Shown piece by piece: positions 20,664 through 27,808 of a stretch of DNA of 64,000 nt. The stretch is from an uncultured Clostridia bacterium (GTDB taxonomy: Bacteria; Bacillota; Clostridia; Christensenellales; UBA1242): contig CAKNIB010000006.1 in NCBI GenBank assembly GCA_930979925.1, positions 1,233 through 65,232 on the forward strand, given 5' to 3'. Each line of letters starts with the position of its first letter. Position 1 is the stretch's first letter. Under the pieces are notes generated by a model that saw only the letters and a list, made by a program, of their open reading frames with translations, made no database searches and was not told the DNA's origin. The position numbers and the translations under genes are program-made.

Positions 20664-20779
20664 CGCGAAAAATGTAAATTTTGCTAAAATCTCGCAAAAT
20701 TTACAGAAAAAACGTGATTTTTTTACGTTTTTTCTTATCTTACTGTCAATTTTTTTTGACAGTAAGATTATTTTTCGCG
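20664..20779. other. Compact four-helix (cloverleaf-like) inverted-repeat element or terminator array
   Basis: The outer helix pairs 20664-20673 with 20770-20779 (CGCGAAAAAT/ATTTTTCGCG). Three perfect inner hairpins pair 20674-20684 with 20694-20704, 20707-20715 with 20725-20733, and 20737-20749 with 20756-20768. Linkers between helices are 1-3 nt. Confidence 0.5.
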
Positions 20780-20817
20780 CTATTTAAAAGTCAAAGTGTA
20801 TTTAAATTTTAAACCTT

Positions 20818-21180
20818 TTATGCGGTTTTATCTAATTGTCTTTCTATCCATGCCATGACTAGCTCTACAATAAAATCTATCTCGTAGTCAGTAAGCTTAC
20901 GTCCTTTTTCAATCTTATGCCATTTTTCAAGACATCCACGACAGCAGGTAGCCGTAGCATGCTGAGCGATAAATACAGGATGATTTTTAGTAGGCGTTTG
21001 CTTTCCATCATTTATAGGATAAGCAGGAGCCAGCCTATCTTTAATAAAATGATATGCATGCTCTTTTATTACATTTAATCCTTTTTGATTTATGTACTCT
21101 TTATCTTTTTGTTTTAATATAAATTTTCTTCTAAAATCTGATTTTTCAAGATTATCTAATATATTTTGGTAGCTTTGCAT
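20818..21180 (-). CDS. DUF4186-like protein
   Basis: The protein is 120 aa and carries HPVFIAQHATATCCRGCLEKWH, which I recognise as the DUF4186 core. This is from memory and was not searched. Confidence 0.55.
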   Translation of the reverse strand: MQSYQNILDNLEKSDFRRKFILKQKDKEYINQKGLNVIKEHAYHFIKDRLAPAYPINDGKQTPTKNHPVFIAQHATATCCRGCLEKWHKIEKGRKLTDYEIDFIVELVMAWIERQLDKTA

Positions 21181-21268
21181 AGCTAAATTATATCAAAAAT
21201 TAATATATTTTACCAATTATTTCATTATATGTTGCAAAGTTGACGATTTTTTGTTAGAATAGGATGCA

Positions 21269-22576
21269 ATGAAAATTTGTGTTATGACGCTCGGCTGTAA
21301 AGTAAATAAATATGAAAGCGATGCGCTAATTTACAATTTAGGACTAAAGGGATATGATACGACAGATAAACTAGAACCTGCCGACGTTTATGTTATCAAC
21401 ACTTGTGCAGTAACAGGTGAGGCAGAGAAAAAGTCTCGTCAAATGATAGCAAGATGCCGTAAATTTAATAAGGATGCTAAGTTTTTTGTATGTGGCTGTG
21501 CAAGTCAGAAAAATACAACTCAATTTATTGAAAAGGGAGTAGACTATGTTTGTGGCACGGCTGGCAAGATAAAAATATCTGAATATATTGACAAACTAGC
21601 AAAACATGACAAAAGATACCTTCGCAAACACGAAAGAGTGTTGAAACTGCCAAAATCATATGAGGACGACCTTTTTGCAAAACAATCACGCACTCGTGCA
21701 TATATAAAGATACAGGATGGTTGCAATAACTTTTGCTCTTATTGTATTATTCCATATCTTCGCGGTAGAAGCAGGTCACGTGCCATTTTTTCAATTATAA
21801 ATGAGGCGTCAAAACTTGATAAGAATATAAAAGAGATTGTGCTTACTGGTATAAATGTCACCGATTACAAGATAGATGACAAACCTTCACTGCTAACGCT
21901 ACTTGAAGAGCTTGACACTTTTGGCAAACGCCTAAGGCTTTCGTCAATGGAAGAGAGCCTTGTTGACGAAGATTTTGTCAAAGGCCTTAAAAACCTCAAC
22001 AACTTTTGCCCACATTTTCACCTTTCACTGCAAAGCGGAAGTAGCAGTGTGCTAAAGCGTATGAATAGACATTATACCGCCCAGCAATTTAAACAGTCGG
22101 TTGAGCTTATAAGAAAATACTTTCCACTTGCCGGAATTACTACCGATATTATAGTGGGCTTTCCTGGCGAGACAAACGAAGAATTTGAGGAAACTTACAA
22201 TTTTATCAAAGAAATAGGCTTTTCTGCTTTACATATTTTTCAGTATTCTAGCCGTGAGGGTACAGTTGCCTCAAAATTATATAAAGACCTTCCACCAGAG
22301 GTCAAACAGCAGCGCTTTGAAAGACTTAATGAGCTTAATAAGATGCTAAAATCAAATTTTATACTAAAAAATAAGTCAGGCGAGGTACTAATAGAGGAGG
22401 TTGAAGATAACTATTATATAGGATACACAAAAAACTATATTAGGTGCTATATTGAAAATGACGATAAACTTAAGAAAAAATTTGGCGGCGACCTACTTGA
22501 TAGAGTGGTAAAGGTTAAAATTGGCAAGGAGTATAAAGAGGGAGCACTTGCTTATATTTTGGAGATTGAAGACTAA
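21269..22576 (+). CDS. mtaB: tRNA t6A37 methylthiotransferase MtaB (MiaB-like radical SAM)
   Basis: An N-terminal UPF0004 Cys triad is present (LGCKVN...NTCAV...CGC), followed by the radical SAM motif CNNFCSYCIIPYLRG. It lies just upstream of rpsU, as yqeV does in Bacillus. Confidence 0.8.
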   Translation: MKICVMTLGCKVNKYESDALIYNLGLKGYDTTDKLEPADVYVINTCAVTGEAEKKSRQMIARCRKFNKDAKFFVCGCASQKNTTQFIEKGVDYVCGTAGKIKISEYIDKLAKHDKRYLRKHERVLKLPKSYEDDLFAKQSRTRAYIKIQDGCNNFCSYCIIPYLRGRSRSRAIFSIINEASKLDKNIKEIVLTGINVTDYKIDDKPSLLTLLEELDTFGKRLRLSSMEESLVDEDFVKGLKNLNNFCPHFHLSLQSGSSSVLKRMNRHYTAQQFKQSVELIRKYFPLAGITTDIIVGFPGETNEEFEETYNFIKEIGFSALHIFQYSSREGTVASKLYKDLPPEVKQQRFERLNELNKMLKSNFILKNKSGEVLIEEVEDNYYIGYTKNYIRCYIENDDKLKKKFGGDLLDRVVKVKIGKEYKEGALAYILEIED

Positions 22577-22603
22577 TTTAATATAATTTTATTTGATTTT
22601 CAC

Positions 22604-22632
22604 TTGACAAAAGCATTTAAAATCAATATAAT
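22604..22632 (+). promoter_or_regulatory. Consensus sigma-A promoter of rpsU (TTGACA-17-TATAAT)
   Basis: TTGACA lies at 22604-22609 and TATAAT at 22627-22632. Confidence 0.65.
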
Positions 22633-22668
22633 AGTAAGGAACTTTAAAATTAGAAGGTGGTGAGAAGA

Positions 22669-22851
22669 TTGACAACTGTTAAAGTCGGCGAGAACGAAAG
22701 TTTAGAGAGTGCTTTAAAAAAGTTTAAAAGAAAATGCCAAAAAGATGGCATTATCGGCGATATCAGAAGAAAAGAAGCATACTATAAACCTAGTGTTGCA
22801 AAGAAGATGAAAAGAGAAGCCGCTAGAAAAAGAGCTAGAAAGAGAGGCTAA
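22669..22851 (+). CDS. rpsU: 30S ribosomal protein S21
   Basis: The sequence reads ...TVKVGENESLESALKKFKRKCQKDGI.... I prefer the TTG at 22669, 4 nt after the SD GAAGGTGGTGAG. The GTG at 22657 (track start) lies inside that SD. Confidence 0.85.
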   Translation: MTTVKVGENESLESALKKFKRKCQKDGIIGDIRRKEAYYKPSVAKKMKREAARKRARKRG

Positions 22852-22910
22852 CTTTTAAACACCTTATGTGCAAATGCACAATATAAAAATCTAATAAAAG
22901 GAGAAGAATA

Positions 22911-23261
22911 ATGGCTAACATAATCGACCAAATCGAGAAAGATTACATGAAAGAGTCAGTTCCTGAGTTCAATATCGGTGATACCGTTAGAGTTGGCGTT
23001 AAGATTAAAGAAGGCGACAAAGAAAGAATCCAAGGATATGAAGGCGTTGTAATCGCTCGTAAAAATGGCGGATCAAGAGAAAGCTTTACAGTAAGAAAGA
23101 TATCAAATGGCGTAGGCGTTGAGAGAACTTTCCCTCTTCACTCACCACTTGTAGCAAGCATTGAAGTAGTAAGAAAAGGTAAACCAAGAAGGGCAAAACT
23201 TTACTACGTTCGTGACCTTACAGGTAAGGCAGCAAAGATTAAATCTGCTGATAACAACTAA
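22911..23261 (+). CDS. rplS: 50S ribosomal protein L19
   Basis: The protein is 116 aa and carries the L19 sequence [35 protein letters not shown]. It is not adjacent to trmD here. Confidence 0.95.
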   Translation: MANIIDQIEKDYMKESVPEFNIGDTVRVGVKIKEGDKERIQGYEGVVIARKNGGSRESFTVRKISNGVGVERTFPLHSPLVASIEVVRKGKPRRAKLYYVRDLTGKAAKIKSADNN

Positions 23262-23275
23262 ATTAAATTTTCAAA

Positions 23276-23327
23276 AAGACCTTATGTGCAAATGGGTAAC
23301 ATCCCAAACCATAAGGTCTTTTTTTTA
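23276..23327 (+). terminator. Rho-independent terminator after rplS
   Basis: The stem is AAGACCTTATG/CATAAGGTCTT, followed by 8 T. Confidence 0.75.
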
Positions 23328-23492
23328 TGTAAAATTTTTTTAACAATTTTCAAAAATGACGAAATTTTGCTTGACAAAAATTTCGGGGAGGGTAATATAG
23401 AGTATCACTAAAAATATAGATATAATTTTGCTATTTTTTAGCCTGCGCCGAAGGCGCAAAATTACACGAAGGTGAGAACAAAGGAGGAAACT

Positions 23493-23531
23493 ATGTCAAT
23501 AAAGATAAAGATAAACAGGGGAAGTGCGTAA
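23493..23531 (+). CDS. Candidate 12-codon sORF (MSIKIKINRGSA)
   Basis: A perfect SD AAAGGAGGAAAC lies 3 nt before the ATG, and a TTGACA-type promoter lies at 23371-23399 upstream. There is no homology evidence. Confidence 0.2.
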   Translation: MSIKIKINRGSA

Positions 23532-23585
23532 AATAGATAAAAGTACAAAAAGATACTCAAAACAAATAAAAGCACAAAAAATGAT

Positions 23586-23613
23586 TTGAAAAATAAAAAA
23601 TATATGATATAAT
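23586..23613 (+). promoter_or_regulatory. Promoter of tRNA-Arg (TTGAAA-16-TGATATAAT, extended -10)
   Basis: TTGAAA lies at 23586-23591 and TG-n-TATAAT at 23605-23613. The mature tRNA 5' end is 8 nt downstream. Confidence 0.6.
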
Positions 23614-23621
23614 ATAGCCAA

Positions 23622-23696
23622 GTTCCCATAGTAAAGTGGATATTACAAGCCCCTCCTAAGGGCTAGTCACAGGTTCGAGTCCTGTTGGGAACACCA
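23622..23696 (+). tRNA. tRNA-Arg (anticodon CCT), with encoded CCA
   Basis: I folded the cloverleaf by hand. The acceptor stem is GTTCCCA/TGGGAAC and the D stem GTAA/TTAC. The anticodon stem is AGCCC/GGGCT with loop CT-CCT-AA. The T arm is ACAGG-TTCGAGT-CCTGT, the discriminator is A, and CCA follows. The total is 75 nt. Confidence 0.9.
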
Positions 23697-23783
23697 ATTA
23701 AGCCTTTTGCGCTTTTTTATTGTTATATAAAAATTACATTTTGTTAATTTTTATTTCTCTCTTGATATAAGATTTAATATATA

Positions 23784-23841
23784 AATTTATCTTTTAATTC
23801 CAAATTGTCTATAATTTATCTTTTAATTCCAAATTGTCTAT
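23784..23841. repeat. Perfect tandem duplication, 2 x 29 bp (AATTTATCTTTTAATTCCAAATTGTCTAT)
   Basis: Copy 1 spans 23784-23812 and copy 2 spans 23813-23841; they are identical. The repeat lies between tRNA-Arg and the 3' end of the minus-strand gene. Confidence 0.9.
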
Positions 23842-23853
23842 TGTTATAAACTT

Positions 23854-24764
23854 TTATTTGTTTAGAACAGCACAATAATAGTCAGACATTTTTGTACCTT
23901 TGATTTCAATAATTTTATTTATTCTCAACTGTTCAATAAAATTTTGTTTTTCCTTTTCAACATCCATGATTAAAAATTTTTCAAGGTTAGCAAAATAATC
24001 ATCTAAAGAAATGCTTTTATCATGATATTTTTTAGCAAACTCTTGGAAGTCTTCATTGCCCATGACAACATCAAAAGATCTAAAATCATTATCTACATTG
24101 TAAAATCTTACTTTAAAACAATATTGTCCATATCTCCTTTCAATTTTATAAATGCACTCTTCAGGTATTTTATCTATATTCCCCAAAAATGATTTTCCCT
24201 CTTCACATGGTGCGACCATAAAATTAAAAATTTGAGAATTACCACTATGGTCTAATTTATTTCCAAGATAATCATCATCTAATAAAATGAACTCATCATT
24301 AAAATATATGTTAAGGATAAAAAGCGCACCAAGAACTCTGATTAATGTAGCTAAATTTGCTTTTTGTAAATTTTTGACCCTATCATGCTTTATAGAATTG
24401 TATTGAGTATAAAAATCATCATTAGATTTATTAATATAATCAAAAGGGCGGAAATTAGGTCGGAACTCTTTTGTAAAATGGAAATAGGGTGAAACAATAT
24501 AAATAGCTTTTTTAGATATTTGCCAGTTAGACTCTAACCAATTAAAGCATTTGCCAGTGCTGTTAGGTTCTTTTGGGTATATTTTCTATAGATTTCTTTA
24601 GCAATTGATTCTAGTTCTATAGAACACCTCACAATTAAATCAGATATTTTCAATGAATATACCTCTAATTGCTCATCTGTAAAATGTATAGCTGAAGCGA
24701 GCTCTAGAACTTCTTTTTCAATATTAGAAAAAACGGGGAAATATATTTTGTTAGTATTGCTCAC
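23854..24764 (-). pseudogene. Hypothetical protein of about 300 aa interrupted by a single frameshift (possible HEPN/Abi-like)
   Basis: The ORF at 24764-24534 has a GTG start and SD AGGAG. It continues in another frame, which is open from 24585 down to the stop at 23854; the 121-aa track ORF is only the tail of this. The frameshift must lie within 24537-24585. Confidence 0.6.
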
Positions 24765-24773
24765 GGCTTACTC

Positions 24774-25190
24774 CTATTCCTCAAAACCATGAATATATGA
24801 AAGTCTTTTAGGAGTAGAGTATTCCTTTAAAAATCTGTTTCTATCTAAGGTGGCTTTTTCTGCAAGCACACAAAGAAGCTCTCTAGGTGTTGGTTTTTCG
24901 CATGAAAACTCAAATCTAGAATATTTCTCAAAATCTTCTAAACCATTTTTTCTTTTGCTTGCAATTATGCAATGACGCATAGCGCGATCTATGAGATCTT
25001 TGTCAACATTATACTCCTCGGCAAGCTCAGCATATAGTCTTTTGTTTACATTGTGTTTTTTAGACATATCTTTAATAATTTTGAAAGCACCATCAACAAG
25101 ATATGAGTAACCTTTTAAATTTGGTGATATTTTTAATACCATCATATAAGTATTTAATTGTAATTGTAAAATACATTCTTCTAAATCCAT
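24774..25190 (-). CDS. Stand-alone Spo0A C-terminal (DNA-binding) domain protein with no receiver domain
   Basis: The protein is 138 aa. It matches the Spo0A_C pattern I recall from Bacillus Spo0A: KGYSYL...RLYAELAEEYNV...IDRAMRHCI...EKPTPRELLCVLAEK, against HIKGYxYL...LYPDIAKKFNTT..VERAIRHAI...KPTNSEFIAMVADK. Its stop codon overlaps the SD of the downstream gene. Confidence 0.7.
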   Translation of the reverse strand: MDLEECILQLQLNTYMMVLKISPNLKGYSYLVDGAFKIIKDMSKKHNVNKRLYAELAEEYNVDKDLIDRAMRHCIIASKRKNGLEDFEKYSRFEFSCEKPTPRELLCVLAEKATLDRNRFLKEYSTPKRLSYIHGFEE

Positions 25191-25379
25191 TTTTTTTCCT
25201 TTATTTTTTTAATTATACACACAAACAGACAAAACACAAAACAAATTTTACAATTTTTTAAAAATTTTTACAAAATTATACAAAAATATTTTTTTAGTTA
25301 TAATAATTGACAAATTAGATAATGTATATTAGAATAATAAATATATTGTAATATAACAATAATTAAAAAAGAGGTAGAG

Positions 25380-26061
25380 ATGAAGATAAAAGAGATGGTA
25401 AAGGATTACATTGAAAAGGTGAGTGATCCTAAGAAGGCTGAGTTTGACAAAGGGCTTATAAGCACAAAATATGAGATAAAAGGGACAAAGACTAGGAATT
25501 ATAGATGACTTTGCAAAAAGCTTAGTAAGAATTGGCGCTGATTTTTATGAGCTTCCTATAGATAACTATGAAGAGGTTCTTCTTGCAGGATGTTTTATAG
25601 GTCACTCGAAGGCAAGCCCAGAAGATAAGATAAAGATGATAAAGAAACTTTTGCCATACATAGACAACTGGGGCGCATGTGACGCTGTTGTATCAAGACT
25701 AAAAGGTCTTGAAAGCCAAAGACACTTTTTTGAAGAGCTACTAAATAGCGACAAGCCTTTTTATGTAAGGTTTGGTATTGTTTGGCTTATGAAGTACCAA
25801 CTAAAAGATGACATGAAAAATGTGCTAAATCTTGTAAAGGCCGTTAAAAATGACCATTTTTATGTAAAGATGGCATCGGCTTGGTGCTATGCAGAAGCTT
25901 TTGCGTATGACCATGACTATATGTACAAGTTTATACAAACCATTGATGATGTATTTATTAGAAACAAAGCCATCCAAAAGGCTTGCGAGTCTTTTAGGGT
26001 TGTTGACGCAAAGAAAAAGGAACTTAGAGCTCTAAAAATTGTCGAAAAGAAAAAAGATTAA
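25380..26061 (+). pseudogene. DNA alkylation repair (AlkD/HEAT-repeat-like) protein, frameshifted
   Basis: The ATG at 25380 has SD AGAGGTAGAG and its frame reads to a TGA at 25506. A second frame is open from 25480 and runs into track ORF 25636-26061 (IDNWGACDAVV, FYVRFGIVWLM, FYVKMASAWCYAEAF). The shift lies within 25480-25505. Confidence 0.6.
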
Positions 26062-26095
26062 TGTTAAAACGACATAGAAATTTATTTTAAGGAAG

Positions 26096-26130
26096 AAGAG
26101 ATAATATTTAAAAATGCTATCTCTTTTTTT
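26096..26130 (+). terminator. Rho-independent terminator
   Basis: The stem is AGAGATA/TATCTCT, followed by TTTTTTT. Confidence 0.65.
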
Positions 26131-26199
26131 ATATAAGAATAAGATTTTATTTGTAAAATCCATTCTTTTTTATTATAATCTACCTTAGGAGTATTAAAA

Positions 26200-27738
26200 A
26201 TGCTGTCAAAAGTGATGAGTTTCGGACTAAAAGGTATAGAGGGATATCCAATGGACGTTGAAACAGACGTCTCAAACGGACTACCTCATTTTGAGATTGT
26301 AGGACTTGCAGACACCGCAATCAAGGAGGCAAAGGAGAGGGTGCGCTCAGCTATAAAGAACAGCGCCTTTGAGTATCCAGCTAAGAGGATAACTGTCAAC
26401 CTCGCGCCTGCCGACATAAAGAAAGAGGGTGCACTATATGATTTAGCTATAGCCATAGCTATTCTTTCTTGTAATGAAGAAAACAAGATTAAAGATGAGG
26501 ATAAATATGTCTACATTGGCGAGCTATCTTTTGACGGCTCAGTCAAACAGGTACGCGGTGTCCTTCCACTTTTGATTTCAGCAAGAAAATTAGGCTATAA
26601 AAAGTTTATAATACCTCTTGCAAACAAGCTAGAGGCAAGCTTTATTTCAGGCATAGACATTTACGGCGTAACATCTTTAAAACAAACTGTAAATTTTTTA
26701 AGCGGAGAGGAAAAACTGCAACCAATTGAAAGTTGCGACTATCAAACGCTACATAAGTCGTCAGAAAACACAGGTATGGACTTTTGCAACGTCAAAGGAC
26801 AGGCAATGGCAAAGCGCGCTCTCGAGATTGCTGCAGCAGGCGGACATAATCTTTTAATGATAGGACCTCCAGGTAGTGGCAAATCAATGCTCGCCAAATG
26901 TTTTCCGTCAATTTTGCCCGATATGACCTTTGACGAGGCGCTAGAGGTTACAAAGATACACTCAATCGCAGGTGAGCTTGACCTAAATAAAGGTATAGTG
27001 TCTACAAGACCATTTAGAAGTCCACACCATACAGCCAGCACTGTCAGCTTGACAGGTGGCGGGTCAAATAGCAAACCGGGCGAAATTTCTCTTGCCGACC
27101 ACGGCGTACTATTCTTAGATGAGTTCCCAGAATATTCTCGCCAAACAATAGAGACGCTCAGACAACCACTTGAGGACGGCGTTATCACGGTTGCAAGAAG
27201 TAATGCTACAATTACATACCCAGCAAATTTTACATTGATTGCAAGTATGAACCCTTGTCCATGTGGCAACTATGGCTCACGTGATAAAGAGTGCCGTTGC
27301 ACACCTGGTCAGATATCAAAATATCTTTCCAAGCTTTCAGGACCTATTATGGATAGAATAGATATCCATATTGAAGTTGACAATGTCACCTATGACCAGC
27401 TTAAAAGTGAAGATAAGGAGGAGCACTCAGCCGACATTAAAAAGCGGGTGGACAGGGCAAGAGCTATCCAGCTTGAAAGATTTAAAAATGATAAAAACTA
27501 TTGTAACGCCAAAATGACCTCAGCTCAGACAAAGAAGTACTGCACACTTGATAGTAGTTGTGATCAAATGCTCAGAAATGCATTTGAGAAGCTTAAATTG
27601 TCCGCTCGTGCACATGACCGAATATTGAAGGTTGCGCGCACTATTGCCGACCTAGAGGGCAGTGAAGAGATAAAGGCTATGCACCTTGCCGAAGCAATTT
27701 CCTATAGAATGATGGACAGAAAATATTGGCGAGAATAA
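26200..27738 (+). CDS. comM: YifB/ComM family Mg-chelatase-like AAA+ ATPase
   Basis: An N-terminal Lon-protease-like domain is followed by Walker A GPPGSGKSM and Walker B VLFLDEF. The C-terminus is ChlI-like. It lies upstream of dprA. Confidence 0.85.
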   Translation: MLSKVMSFGLKGIEGYPMDVETDVSNGLPHFEIVGLADTAIKEAKERVRSAIKNSAFEYPAKRITVNLAPADIKKEGALYDLAIAIAILSCNEENKIKDEDKYVYIGELSFDGSVKQVRGVLPLLISARKLGYKKFIIPLANKLEASFISGIDIYGVTSLKQTVNFLSGEEKLQPIESCDYQTLHKSSENTGMDFCNVKGQAMAKRALEIAAAGGHNLLMIGPPGSGKSMLAKCFPSILPDMTFDEALEVTKIHSIAGELDLNKGIVSTRPFRSPHHTASTVSLTGGGSNSKPGEISLADHGVLFLDEFPEYSRQTIETLRQPLEDGVITVARSNATITYPANFTLIASMNPCPCGNYGSRDKECRCTPGQISKYLSKLSGPIMDRIDIHIEVDNVTYDQLKSEDKEEHSADIKKRVDRARAIQLERFKNDKNYCNAKMTSAQTKKYCTLDSSCDQMLRNAFEKLKLSARAHDRILKVARTIADLEGSEEIKAMHLAEAISYRMMDRKYWRE

Positions 27739-27808
27739 AAATTTTTAGAAATTTATTTGGAAAAGAGGGACAAAATGTTTAAAATATAACCTTAAAGGAC
27801 GAAAGAAG

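Noticed and set aside
23784-23841. Possible CRISPR array
   Set aside because: Only two directly abutting identical 29-bp copies are present, with no spacers and no cas genes nearby. It is a tandem duplication, not a CRISPR array.
23697-26061. Calling the tRNA-adjacent segment a prophage, ICE or genomic island with defined ends
   Set aside because: I found no integrase, recombinase or transposase and no duplicated tRNA 3' end (att). It is reported only as an islet or remnant and not as a mobile_element feature.
26742-27269. 175-aa minus-strand ORF
   Set aside because: It lies entirely antisense within the well-supported yifB/comM gene and has no SD, so it is a shadow ORF. The same reasoning applies to 62000-62455 and 63052-63399 (antisense to ABC ATPases), 32385-32735, 32806-33165, 30069-30539, 16003-16347, 14345-14695, 42396-42791, and the other short antisense track ORFs.
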